Assembly: GCF_006345805.1 (NCBI RefSeq)
Contig: NC_043006.1
Span: forward strand, 98,394,001 to 98,458,000
DNA length: 64,000 bases
Reading direction: 5' to 3'
Source of the DNA: Octopus sinensis
Taxonomy: Eukaryota
The notes beneath the pieces were generated by a model, which was not told the origin of the DNA, made no database searches, and was given only the letters and a program-made list of their open reading frames with translations. Of the stretch, positions 1 to 13,600 are shown piece by piece. A program made the translations under genes and the position numbers. Position 1 is the first letter of the stretch, and every line of letters starts with the position of its first letter.

Positions 1-124
1 ATCGTGATGATTGACTACTTTACCTATGAAATAACTCTAACGAGAAACTGCAAAAGGTTAAACGTGAAGGCCAGAAAGATCCCCCTTTATCTTAAAGGAA
101 AGATAAAGAAAGAATTGTCCATTC

Positions 125-660
125 TAAAGAAAAAGATTTCCGTTTTTAATCCTGCAGTTTCCATTGAGGACACATGTTTTTTCAGGGCCACAATTGCAAA
201 GGGTGGTTGTGTTGTTTTTACCATTTAAGGAGAGATTATTGTTACTGTTATCGTAATAAGGTTACTAGTATTATTAGAAGAGAGGGTGAAACCTCTTAGA
301 ATACAGTTATTATTTGAGGATATAATTTATCAGATGTTACTGGTATTGGAAAAATCTACTCTAACAAGGTGTGTGTTAAAAATCGAAATTTCATCTAGAA
401 TTAATAGGGACGGCTCTTTCTACTGCTTGAATTCTTATCAGTTTACCGTATGGAATAATTAAACAAATATACTTATTAGGAGTGTGTCACTCATGACGGG
501 AATTATCACTAGAAATGTCTGTTTTATGTTTATATCGTAATAGCGAGGAAGTAGGGTTATTTCCCTTTGGCTGTTGGCTTTTAGGAATACGAAAATGAGG
601 AACTTGTTATTTTGATGAAATTGGTTATTATTCGGATTATTAAAAAAGGTAGAAGTAATA
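125..660 (-). mobile_element. Decayed Penelope-like element (PLE) fragment, RT-to-GIY-YIG linker
   Basis: Manual minus-strand translation gives IFNTHLVRVDFSNTSNI**IISSNNN...TLCNCGPEKTCVLNGNCRIKN. This resembles the PLE linker (IFNxNTVKVSYSC...SHN) and the CNC-x5-C-x4-C motif that precedes the GIY-YIG domain. Internal stops are present. Confidence 0.65.
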
Positions 661-667
661 TAAGGAG

Positions 668-731
<64 letters not shown>

Positions 732-1588
732 AACATTATGTTTTTAACAGTTTAACTTCAGAATAATTTAATATGTTTTCGAATATAAATGAAATATGTC
801 TAACAATATTGCAGGGAAAATTTTCTATACTAAAAAGAAAAAAAAATTATTAATGGAAGAACACTTGTTTTCATTAATCTTTCTGTAATATGAATATAAC
901 AATAAAAAAAGTATCAGTAACTTCATGATAAAAAATCACAAATAATCAAAATAACACCAAAAAAATGCCGACTCTTAGTAAAAAAAAAATGAATAAAGTA
1001 GCAAACTGTTATGGAACTAGATCCTTCCTTATATTACATTGACTTAGATCGCACCAAAGATATTACGCATTGCCAGAAACTATATCGTGATAGGTAGTGA
1101 ATAGAATATTATACGAAGGAAACAATGGGCAGATAAATAACGTCTACCATTCTTCACCTTTTCCTCATGTATTTCTTTGTTACTTTAACTTAATTCACGT
1201 AACGACATTTACTGAAACTGGAAAACCTGAAAATTATCCTATAGAATTTAGTCTCAATGGAAGGTGTTACTAAATCACTTTAAGAACCGATATCTTTCTT
1301 TATTCTTCGAACTTTCATTCCGTCGAAACATTCTGAACATTACAATGCAATTATAGATTTGTAAGAGTTATCCTTTAAAGATACAGAACGAATAAATACG
1401 TTCTCTGACGCCAGAGCACTTCCGACAATTATGTTCTCCGCCCGAGCACATAATATACATATCAAAACAACTTTTTCATCATGCAGCTTTCCTGTATTTT
1501 CGATCTTAGGAAATATAACAAGAACTGAGAATATATATATATATGCAATATAGAAGACAGATACAGATATACACGCATACATACATAT

Positions 1589-1589
<1 letters not shown>

Positions 1590-1667
<78 letters not shown>
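1590..1667. repeat. (TA)n microsatellite
   Basis: Direct; source of the poly-IY ORF artefacts. Confidence 0.95.
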
Positions 1668-1670
<3 letters not shown>

Positions 1671-2074
1671 TTCATCTTCAGAGCTGAGCAGTATTAAAGT
1701 ATGTGTCAAGCTGCAGAAATCATGTCTACCTCCTCTAACTGCCACATTATCCACACTTTCTTTCGATAAATCTTTCAATATACTTTATTTTTCTTTTTCT
1801 ACAAAATGGTTCTGAAAATATTGGAGAGAATATATTTGCTCTGTATATGCAACGGTTCTATTAACAATTTCTTGTTAAGTTTTCCTTATTAAGTAGTTGT
1901 CCTTAATTGCTAAATTTTTATTCCGAAAAAACTTTTCCTTTCCCGAAATGCAATTCGTAAAAGTATGCCATTTACAGGATGTAATATATGTAAACTCACC
2001 CATGTGCTTCGTTGATGTTGATCAGTTAGCTGATCGGCTTAAGCGGGGCAGGGTCGTTTATTTATGATACATTC

Positions 2075-2122
2075 AGGCCTGCTGATGAATACGTAAGTAT
2101 GAAATCACTGTGATACAGGTCT
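2075..2122 (+). ncRNA. Type I hammerhead ribozyme, core intact
   Basis: AGGCCTG-CTGATGA-ATAC(GTAA)GTAT-GAAA-TCA(CTG)TGA-T-A/CAGGTCT. Full CUGAUGA and GAAA core, 7-bp stem I with one G.U, 4-bp stem II with a GNRA loop, near-palindromic stem III and an AUA cleavage triplet (cut predicted after 2115). Confidence 0.8.
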
Positions 2123-2399
2123 ATATTTTTTAAATGTCTTACTTGAAAAATTACATTCGGTGGGATTAGTAATATTTTTGGTAGAAATGACTAATTGTCC
2201 CTCTTAGCGTGTGGCATGTATGTATAATGCCCTCTGGCATGTATGTATAATGCCCTCTATATATAAATATATATATATATATATATTTATATGTATGTAT
2301 ATAAGGCGAAAGAGAAGGAAGCCTAAATGGAAAGGAAAATGGAAGTATAGATCGAATGAGAGAAAAAATATTGATTTTGAAGGTACTGTATATAGAACG

Positions 2400-4520
2400 T
2401 TTGTGTGAAAACTAGAAAGATGGATAATTAAAAAAAAGAGTATAGGCTAAAATGATACCGTAAGCAGCACGAAGCACAGAGAACCTTGAAAGCGAATACC
2501 GAAGAAAGTACAACTAATGAAGTAAGTTTTAAACCAAGGCAAAACACTTCAAACGGGTGCCAATAAATATTTCTAAGAGAAAGGAAAAGAGCCAATAATA
2601 TTTAGATAAGGCACCGACTTAAGAGCATGATATATTATGATATAGCATTTATAAATGGAAAGAAAATAGAAAAAAACAATGAATGGAAAAGCAACATGCC
2701 ATGCAAATATTAAAGAACAAGACTGATAAAATATGATTTAAGAGGTTATTGATCACTTATAAAGTCCCATAAATGAAAATCCCTTAGCACCGAGGAAGTG
2801 TCAAATGCTTGTTTATCTATACAAACATCTCCCCACAGAATATCCACATATTTTCTAAACGAAACCATGAGAGAATAAGCTAACAGAACAGATTTATTAT
2901 GCGAAGGCACACAGCTTTTCTTGAGTTAAAATCATACGAAACTGAATATCCATAATATATTGCCAAAATTTCGTTTCTGTGAATACCCCATAAAATCTGA
3001 ATACGCATATTGGATAAATGAACATATTCCCATATGGAATACATGCTCAGATTCCAATTGAGGAAAAGATCTATCACCAAGGCTCATACAGATGAAAAGA
3101 TCAAAAGTTAATAAACAGAATGATCTAAACCGAAAAAAACATAAAGAAAAATCGTGCATAAATTGCTTTTAATAAAATATGCTTTAGAGAATGTTTCAAA
3201 AGCCTTATATTAAAATCTCTAGAACTATACAAAATGTCGTCTATGCTAACAAAAGTCTTTATTCAGAGCAGACCTTTAGGAATATTCATCTCAATGTTAT
3301 TCAAATAGCATATTGACCTATGATACTATAAAGGTAACCGATGGCCTTTTGACGGAGATTCTCATTATATCCTACACTTCTGGTTCTGCTTGAATTTCGC
3401 TTCGTCAGAATTGAGCAAAACTGGTTATCACTTTTAGACCAACACTTGAACAACACCCATTTGTTCGGTATTATCTATTTGAAAGTCTACAGTCAGAACA
3501 GGTTTTTAAAAACGACCATCAGGTTTTACATAAACGACATAACTATGAGTGTGACTGGAAAAAACCGACATCTAAACAGACAATTCAAGAGATGAATAAT
3601 TAATTGCGTTTGACACAGACACACTAAATATTTAAACCAAGTATGAAGGAAAAAGGTTACCTTATGAGTATCAAATGATACAATGAAACGCGTAACAAAT
3701 TAATCTCAAGGTTTGCGCCATACTAAAACCCTAGTTAAATCCTAACAAAATATAATAACAACAACCACTGCTGCGCAAACAATTATAACTTGGAGTTTCA
3801 GATCATCAATTGGGAAGAAATGAAATCATGTGAGCAGTTAGAATTGTTAGAATAAATGGTTGTACTAATATACTTCATGCGATAGTAAATCCTAGCTACA
3901 CTCGCAGTAAAATCAGCGACAAGGGACAACTTGAACAGCCACAAAAAAGAACTACAGGTACAGGAACATTTACACATCAAGAAAATACAGGCAATAGGAT
4001 ACTTCAGAAGGTTCGAGACTAGAAATCTATGGCAATATCTTCATATAGTTGTTAAGTAATCTAGAAACTCGAAAAAGAACTCAATAAATTTCTTACAGAT
4101 ATGTTCCAGAAGAAGGTTTCACTCAGTTAGATAAAACATCAATTAGCATCCAGAATAAATACGAGGCCAAAGACAATTACAAGTTGAATAAGGAAAATGA
4201 AATACACATGTCAATAAGTATTAAGAAGCCAATATGTTACAGGTGTGTTTCAGAAAACCACTATGCAGTTTGAGGTGTTCGTACGAGAAACACAAGGCAG
4301 GACTTTGGTAACACAAGACCAAGACTTGTTTGCCAAGAAATGAAAGCTTATATATTAACAAAAGGCACACCAAAGTTGCAGCTTCTGTGATCAATATAAT
4401 GAAAGAAAAAAGACCGCCACTTTTCAGGTTAACTACAAGTGACACAAAATGTGTAGAATCACCATGATAGACCATGCCAATAGTTAAGTCAAGTAATATG
4501 CTGCGACTACGAAATAAAAT
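2400..4520 (+). mobile_element. Highly decayed R4/Dong-like RLE non-LTR retrotransposon
   Basis: Broken-frame peptides ILKSLELYKMS, GDSHYILHFWFCLNFASSELSKTGYHF and ETQGRTLVTQDQ...CSFCDQYNE match RT and zinc-knuckle regions of R4-type LINEs. It parallels the better preserved copy at 10650-13930. Confidence 0.6.
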
Positions 4521-4938
4521 GCGCCATTGAATGCTACAATCAGTAGTGAAAGGGAATCTTTAAGCAGTACTTTGAGATTGCTTACACGTAATATAATTAA
4601 CTGGTGATCTGAAAAATGCACATAGGGAATTTTACTTTTAACACAATATTAAATGTTATTGCGTTTAACTGAAAAAAGAAAACCATTGCTTTGGTAAAAT
4701 ACGCAGATCACGAGATGGTCTAAAAATTAATTTTGCTCTTTAGATCATGAACTAATAATGAGCATACCGTCTTCCATCTACTGTCACACATACATTCGCA
4801 AGCAAAGACTCGCGTACGAACGGACATACAAACACATTCTCACACATCAGAAAAACTCAAGGACCGCTGCAATAAACTAGGAAATTATCAGCACCCCAAG
4901 TGTATGAATGTATATATATATGCATATATATGCATAAC

Positions 4939-4969
<31 letters not shown>

Positions 4970-4979
4970 CATACACATA

Positions 4980-5390
4980 GGCGCAGGAGTTGCTGTGTGG
5001 TAAGTAGCTTGCTAACCAACCACATGGTTCCGGGTTCAGTCCCACTGCGTGGCATCTTGGGCAAGTGTCTTCTGCTATAGCCCCGGGGCGACCAATGCCT
5101 TGTGAGTGGATTTGGTAAACGGAAACTGAAAGAAGCCTGTCGTATATATGTATATATATATAAGTGTGTGTGTATATGTTTGTGTGTCTCTGTTTGTCCC
5201 CCTAGCATTGCTTGACATCCGATGCTGGTGTGTTTATGTCCCCGTTACTTAGCGGTTCGGCAAAAGAGACCGATAGAATAAGTACTTAGCTTACAAAAGA
5301 ATAAGTCCCGGGGTCGAGTTGCTCGACTAAAGGCGGTGCTCCAGGATGGCCGCAGTCAAATGACTGAAACGAGTAAAAGAGTAAAGAGTA
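4980..5390 (+). mobile_element. tRNA-head SINE family A, full length
   Basis: GGCGCAGGAG..TGTGTGGTAAG (A box)...GGTTCAGTCCC (B box), CORE-like CTTGGGCAAGTGTCTT, internal (TA)/(TG) tract and GAGTAAAA-repeat tail. About ten related copies occur in the window. Confidence 0.9.
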
Positions 5391-5769
5391 TACATTTCTC
5401 TTAGTGAACAAGCGTTTCTTTTGACTTGATACATTTTGATAAACTTCAGCTTACATATTTATGAAAATATACAGTGAAATCATTAAGAAAAGTATCTCAT
5501 TAGTTGTATATCACATATTATTCTATTCAATTTTCTAAAACGCTATGTAGTATTATATATTTTTAACTGTTATAGTTGTTATCCGTTCAAATTTGTTTAC
5601 TTTACATATGATTAATATTCAGTTCGATCATCAGCTACTGGATACACGAAGCAAACCTATCATTTTAAACGCCATTAGATTCCGTTGATCTGTAAAATTA
5701 AAGTAAACAAATGTTATCCAAACTATTGACGTCATATCACTAGTTCGTTTGATTTTGTTTCTTCGCCTC

Positions 5770-6500
5770 CTACTCCATAAAACTCTCTCTCACTCTCACT
5801 CTCTCTTTCTCTCACTTTCGCGCGCTCTCTCTCTCTTTCTCTCTCACTGCATACATATACGGGTGAGTATTTATGTAAGTATTTGTAGATATATGTGTGT
5901 TAGTTTATATATGCGTGTATGTATACATATACATACATATGCACATAAATACTTACATATATATAAGGGTGAGATGGTGAAAGAGAAATCTATACACGTA
6001 TGTGCCTGAGTGTGCATGTGTTTGTGCGTGTGTATTTGTATAAGAGGAGTTCTGAGATAAAGAGAGAGAGAAGGGATGAGAGAGAGACAGAGGAAAGAAA
6101 TTGGAGAAAGATGAAGAGAGAGAGCTAAATTGTAGTTAGATAACTATAGGTTAGCTCTCTGTCTTCATCCTTCTCCCATGTTTTTCCCTCTCTCTCTCTC
6201 TCACTCTCTCTCTCTCTCACTCTCCCATCCTTTCTCTTTTACTCTCCAATATCTTTATAATATCCAATAAGTGAAAAGAACGCCGGAAAGACGCAAATGA
6301 AGTAAAAACCACTTTAAACCAGCTGAGCTTAGAATTACGGAAAAAAAAACTCGTTCCAGCTTCGCGAGCATAGAAAAACCAAAACAACAACAAAACAAAA
6401 GGAAATGAGGAGAATGAGAGAGAGAGAGAGAGAGAGAGACGAGGGAAGAGAGAAAGGAAGACAGAGAGAAAGAAAGAGAGAGAGAGAGAGAGAGAGCGTG
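5770..6500. repeat. (CT)n and (GA)n tracts flanking short unique segments
   Basis: Direct. Confidence 0.85.
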
Positions 6501-9163
6501 AGACATTAGGCATCGATACTTCTACTCAACCCGATCTCTATGGCAGTGGACAGATTATACTCCAGCCTTGATGCAATCAACTTCATAAATTAGTGTATTA
6601 ATGTCTATTTTCACTGTGGAATATATGTCGAAGCTTTTCCTTCTTTCAGTTTGAGGTAATGAATGGAGCTGTGGATTTTGTTAGCCGGAGAATGTACCTG
6701 TTTCTTCATTAGATTCTATGATAATATGATAGTAGTTAAGGATGTATTTTTTTCATGCAATCTATTATAATAACTTCTGTATTGTAGCTATTATTACCAT
6801 GTGTTTCTAGTGGTATCTGCTGTTTTTTAACGTCTATATACATATATTTAAAATCGAAGTATTGCATCTCGATTTTCAACTATATATATACGCAGCTGCC
6901 GTCTCAATCCGTGTCCTAATGAGAATCTATAAGCTAACAGATAGTGAATTCTTCGTAAGTACTATATGCATTACATTACTGTTTCAAATTCTAGGACTCA
7001 TAGGGTCAGTTACTCGGTCGGTTTCCAAGGTTTGTAAATGACCTGGTTTGCAACAATCCTCCTGTCAGTGTATCGCAGAATTAAGCATTTACAACGGAAT
7101 GTCTGGGAGGAACGTGAAGTGACTGATCAGATATTGATTTTAATAACACCACAAATCACAAAAATAGAAGTGATATTTACCTCGGTGGACGCGCAATGAG
7201 ATATCTAGAACAAAACCCTATCACTGTTTCCTATAGAAAAGAAATAGAGACCATTTTTCTTCATTCTGCCAAGTGCTTATTTCATTTATAATAGATAGAA
7301 GCAATTTTAAGAAACTTCTTTGAATAATGTGTTAAATATAGACATTCTTTGAATAACTTTACAAAATATCATTGCCTCATTGCTGCATGGCTCCTTGCAG
7401 TTAAACATCGACAACGTTTTTTGCCAATGTATATAAATCAGAGGCTATAAATCTACATTTAAGGACATTGATACGTTCAGGTAGACTCTAGTATAAATGA
7501 CCTCACGACTAGGCATGCACCCCATGTTACTTAGACTTTACTCAAGCCAATATTAATGTAACAGTAGGAGTAGTCACAAATACATACCTCAAACACACAA
7601 CCACGCGTGCGCATACATTCATGCTTGTCTGTGTTGAGAATTTTAATTCGTAATTCTATTACTACTAGTGCATATCCATTGCCTATCCGGCTAATTCACT
7701 GTGTTTTCTAGAGTAGTATGTGTTAACCAAATTTATTGAAGTTGGGTACAGTGGTAAGATTAAGATAGTCGAAAGAATGCGCTCTTTTGGTTAATGACCG
7801 AGATCCATCACATGGGACAATTGGCTACATTTGCTCCATGGGAATACATGGAACGGAGCCAACTATGTTGCGAGAACTTGCAAAAGTGACCTGCATGAGG
7901 GTTTATTCCTGTCTTCCTTCCGCCAGACATTGAGCCCCGAAAATGCTCATGGCTTTTGAGTTTAGTAATATTATTTTACCTGCTAGGTATTCTGTGGTCC
8001 ACTGCAATTCAGAGAGTTAGCAATAGGTTGTCAATGATTATGCAAAAGACAATTAATAAGTTAATATATTCTGTATTCTTTAACTACATGCATTTTACAC
8101 TCTGCGTTAGGAAAATGACAGTAAAAAAATCGGAAACCTGATATGGCAGGGCTACGTAATAGATTACAGTTTATTGAGAATAGTAAAGAATAATCTAAAC
8201 ATAGTGACTTGAAATGCCTACGAGGAAAGGAGTGCCTTCTACTTTTTGTTTTAACTGATACAATTAATAGATGGATCTCCAAAAAAACATATCCAATCTT
8301 TGTTGTTCTTTTTTTTTTGAAATTCTAAGACAAAAATAATGTAACGTACATACACAACTTCATAAGACTAGATGACGTTGTGACAGTTGGAAAACGTTTG
8401 CTCGTATCTTTGCACATACTGCGAGGGCGAGTTAATTGTAACAACTAGTTACTCGCGCAATACTTGCCAAAAAGGGACAGTAAACTCCATACATTTATAA
8501 CGAATTGCTGATAGAGAATTGTTAGAAAAAGAAGCTTTGGCAAACGAGATAATACGCATTCATTTGTTTTTCTTTCAACCTGCATTATAGTAGTACGATC
8601 CAATATAATACAAATAACGACAGCAGGTTTTTGTTTTCCTCGAACTAATAGCAAATTAAAAAAAAAAATTCTTAAGATATAATTAGTGTCAATATCAAGA
8701 CGCGTATATTTTGTATTTGATACTGATATGGGAAAATTCTAATTACCTATGAGCGTGAAGATGTAGAAGTTTATCGAGCGAGATAGGTAAGGGTTTTGAT
8801 AAAAGAAATTGGATTTATAGAAATTAGATTTAATTTTCATGCAAGGAAATTTATAACAGAGAAAAACTTTCAAAGCTTGCCAGTAATTAATATTACAGCG
8901 CTTCCTATATTCCATTCTCAAGATAAAATGAAGTCTTTAGAAAGATTCCTAACTTTATATGGGAATTGGTCAATTGCATCAGATGTAATTAACGTTGGGA
9001 AATAATGGCTTTGGTAACTTCAAACCATACAACGGTTTTCATAATTATATTCCTTCTCTTCAATATTCCTCGAAGCCCGCAAGGCTTCTACTACTGATTC
9101 ATTAATCTATTGCCTGTAAATTGTTACTTACCAACACATAATAAATTAGCTAAATACTTGGAA

Positions 9164-9164
<1 letters not shown>

Positions 9165-9227
<63 letters not shown>

Positions 9228-9444
9228 CATCTATCTGTCTATCTATATTTCTATCTATCTATCTATGCATATATCGACAAACACACGAACACACACACAC
9301 AAACACACCTACACATCCCCCCACACATATATATAGATAGATAGATATACACAAACATGTATATATATATACATGCATATATATATACATATATACATAC
9401 ACACGCACACACAAACACACACACAAACACACACACACATATAC

Positions 9445-9478
<34 letters not shown>

Positions 9479-9540
9479 ATATATGGTATTGAGATAGAGA
9501 GAGATAATAGATAGAGAGATAGATAGAACAGTAGATTGAG
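9165..9540. repeat. Compound (ATCT)n/(CA)n/(TA)n/(GA)n microsatellites
   Basis: Direct. Confidence 0.9.
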
Positions 9541-9929
9541 AACAGTAGATTGATAGTTGTATACGCATACTCACACACATGTATAAATGCAGTGAGAGGT
9601 AACAAAGGTCGTAAGTATTAGCCGAAGCTGGGACTAATTCTAAGAGCAGCACTTAGAAAACTTTACTCATATACGGACATAATTTTGCTGAAACATTTGT
9701 AGACTTCGGTTGTTCATAGGTTTTAAATAGGTTTTAATTTTTTTGAAACAGTTCTTAAATGAAATTTTTCAATTCCGATCTCTTGTTTTCCATTGGTTTG
9801 TTTCGTGAATATCTAAATCTACTACCGAGTTTCGAAAAATATTTCTTCCTCGACATGAGTGTGCTGTGAGTTCGAGTCCTGCAGAAAGCAGAAATCTAAT
9901 TATGATATATACGTATGATATATAGATAC

Positions 9930-9980
9930 GATCTCTCTCTCTCTCTCCTCTCTCTATCTATCTATATATCCATCTCTATC

Positions 9981-10033
<53 letters not shown>

Positions 10034-10127
10034 ACATAAATACATACATGCACACACACTGATACATACACACATACATACATACATGCATACATACATA
10101 CATACATACATACATACATACATACAC

Positions 10128-10160
<33 letters not shown>

Positions 10161-10165
10161 CATAT
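9930..10165. repeat. (CT)n/(ATCT)n/(ATAC)n microsatellites
   Basis: Direct. Confidence 0.9.
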
Positions 10166-10404
10166 AACGAAAGATATCGACACGCGCACAATTCCAAGGA
10201 AGATATATGTTAGCAGATTTTGCAGTCTCCAGTTCCTTATATTCTGAGTTCAAATTCTAATATGGTCATCTTCGCCTTTCAAACTTTTAGGTCCGATACT
10301 ACACAACACCATTCAAGAAATAGGGTTTCGTGTAATTATCTAAATCACGTAATTATCTAAATCTAGTCGCGCGACAAAATTTGAATATTATTATCATTAA
10401 AATG

Positions 10405-10545
10405 TAGGAATGGTAGAATCGTTACTGCAAATTGCTAAGCGCCATATCGTCCGTCTTTAACTTCTCAGTTCAAATTCCGCCCAGTCGAATTTACCTTTAG
10501 TCCCTTCAGAGTCGATGAAATAAGTAAGTCATGCACTTGGGGTTA
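10405..10545 (+). mobile_element. Old, diverged SINE family B fragment
   Basis: AGTTCAAATTCCGCC..GTCGA..CCTT..GTCGAT.AAATAAGTA is similar to the family B copy at 30660. Confidence 0.5.
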
Positions 10546-10649
10546 CCATGTTCAGCGCTAGGAAGTCTCCCGAATTTGGGGGGGGCATTTTCCTTGTTAA
10601 AATTTATTTTGTTGTTGTTTACATGTGAATAAAGTGATTAAATAAAACA

Positions 10650-13600
10650 TTATTATTACTTACGTTATTTACATTATTTTCATTCAACGGATATTTGTCC
10701 TCATTTTGTTTGTTGTTAACACAACGTTTCAGGTTGGTTGCTCCAGCAATCACTGGTATTGTAACTGTTTTGAGAAGGCACATCCATTCGGTTTCGATTA
10801 GTAAACCTTTATATTTTCTGAGCTTTTCAAATTCTTTTGCCGAAATATTATGGTCACAGGGTATGCTCATGTCAATCAATAAACAGACTTGATTTCTATC
10901 TTTCATAACAATATCTGGTTTATTTGCTTTGATTGTCCGGTCTGTACATACTGGGAAGTCCCAAAGAATAGTTACATTTTCTCCCTCAGTTGCAGTTTTG
11001 ATTTTATAATGTCGACACGTTATCCAATGTAGATATTGGTCAACCCCGCTATGTCTTAATTTGTACTCTACAGGTACTAAAACATTACATCGGAGATAAG
11101 GTGGTCCGCTGTTTCTATCCCACTGTTACAGTATCGGCACTTTGGGTCTACACCATTTTTCATTATATTGACTTGATAGTTCTGGGTCAATAAGTTCCGT
11201 TCCTGGGCAGCCAATATAAATCTTTCACTCTCTGCCTTTAGCCATCAGCTCCATAGCCACTGGCGGTTGTGCTTGTGGTCTACATCAGTTTGTTTGCTAC
11301 GAGCTATATATTTGCTATCCAGAGGTTTTTGTTCTCACCTATCAGCCAATTGTTCAAACGCGTTTTGCTTTGCTATTGATTTCGCATTCTTTGCAAGTGC
11401 AGTTGCTCTTCTTCGATCATGCTGTTCAATCTGGGTATTCTGTATAAACTCACTCGAGAATCTTTGCCTCCCATTCATGGCAAAGTGAATGTTCATACGT
11501 CTCTCAACGAGCTTTAGCATCCAGTCGTTATATGGTCCAAGTTTGCTAGTCCAGTTGTGGTGTTTTTTTTTTGAAATTTCAAAATTGATCATGCTTCGAA
11601 CTCCATATAAAATAGATCGACTTATTTTCTTGTCCCTAATTTTATATCCACACCCTGTTCTGTTAATTTCACGTGTAAGAGGTACTGGAGCTATGCAGAA
11701 AATTAAAAGTGAAATGCATTTGATATTAATATTTTTTGTGGTAGTACTCCATCAGAGTTGTATAATTGGAGATTGTTATTTCCACTTTGACATGTTGTGC
11801 TTCAGGATGCTTGAAATCACAGTAGAAATTTTGAAGATAACCAGCGATTTCAAGTTCCTTTGATGCGGTATGCTCTCGAAGGCGTTTATGTAATCACCCC
11901 ACGCAGAACTGAGATTTCTGCGTTTGTTATGACAGTTCTTCTCAAGGATTATGCAATTGATTAAGTGTTAGTCATTGCATCCTCGTCGGTCCCCATTTTG
12001 TTCAGTGGGGAAAAATATCGTTCTGTTCCATAAATTTGTAAGTTTTCTCCACGAGGATAGATATTAAAATGTTATACGTGGTAAATAGACATGTTATGGA
12101 CCGATAGTTTTGGGGAAATTTACTTTAATTTTTCTTCGCGAGTAGGTAGGGAATACATCTTCCTAACGAATGTTTTCATAATTTCATTGAATAACTGGAC
12201 TAACTTATATTGTGCGCACGGGAGCGAGGCGAGCCAGAAAGTTGACCCCCTCTCATTGCCAGGGGATCTTATGATCCTTCATGAGTATCATCCTTAGGTC
12301 TGATGTTGTGATGTCCTCCGATACTTGTTCTGATAAGTTATAGTCGAAACCTTCTGTGCGTCTAATCCAGTCTGCATTTTCATTGTAATTCTTTTCATCA
12401 CTCATCAGATATTTTTCCAGAAGTTTTCAACTTTTTCCATCGTAGGTGTGTTTTTCAACATATATTTTCTCCTTCCTTATTTCTCTGTAGAATGTTTTCG
12501 TATTGTATGGGAACAACTTATTTTCCTTTTGAAACTTGTTCTTCTTCTGACATCTTCGTATTCTTTGAGTCTTTGCTTGGAATTCTTGTTGCAGTGTTTC
12601 TTTTGCTGAATGCAATTCTTCTCTTGGTGAGAATATATATTTTCTCTTCATCTTCTTCCCTTTTCTGGTTTTTACATCGTTTACAAAGATAAGTTCATTC
12701 AATATTGATATTTCACCTCTCATTATTTTAATCGCTTTTTCAATTTTAATTTTTCAGTTTGGAATTCCTCTCAGGTTAGTATTTCTTTGACTTTCAAAGG
12801 TACACAACGGGTTCCAGTTTTTTTAGCAGCTGCGTAAATAGTGTCAGTGTGATCTGGTTTTAGTTCACGTATAATATTCTTCGTTACATAGATTCCAATT
12901 TTAATCTCTCTGTTTCGGATTGTTTTGAGAGCTTTATGATGTGGTTCTCTATCATGCATATTGACGTGTCATACAACTGGACACTTATTCATGATTTCCT
13001 GCTACAGTTCTATCATCGCGGTTATTTCACTAATTGTGACTCTTTTATTTCTTATGATATCCCTCCTAACATTTGCGTATTTGTTTCTGTCCAAATATAG
13101 TCTGCTGTCATATTTGATAAGAGTGTGCGGTGGCCTGCCTAATGCATACTAATAGGCGTTTATTAAATATGTATACTCGTTCCGCGTCCATTTCAATCTC
13201 TTACATTTTTCTTACTGTTGTAGGTGTAGACTTGGAGGGCCCGACTTGGGGCAGTTCCCGTTCAAGTAACCATCCAGCTTCGTATTCAGAGGCAATTTTA
13301 TGCCAGGCTGGCTCGCTGTTGGGGGATGCACTCCCAGGTTTGCTATACTGTTGTAGTTATCCTTTTTGTTTCGTAAGACACATTTGTGCTACATTGAAAT
13401 TATTAGTATTGATCTCTGTATTGTGGAAAATGTAGAGACGGTTATTGTTTCTGCCACTATTGTCGACTGCCATTAATACCGTTACAGTTACTTTAACCTT
13501 GCTATTACAGAGTTGTTCATCGTTAGTCACTACCAATAGTGCCTTGATCTGTATCGTTGTGGCGAATCTTTGTAGCCATGGTAACAGTTTTTTCCATTAT

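Noticed and set aside
3395-3415. CTGACGA-AGC-GAAA on the minus strand; similar CTGATGA..GAAA at 12390-12410 and CTGAAGA at 51010-51040
   Set aside because: No stem II or stem I, and all lie within LINE coding remnants
4980-5050. SINE heads as functional tRNA genes
   Set aside because: A and B boxes are present, but there is no complete cloverleaf and each continues into a SINE body
6541-6562. TGGCAGTG start resembling the miR-34 seed
   Set aside because: The rest of the mature sequence does not match and no hairpin is evident
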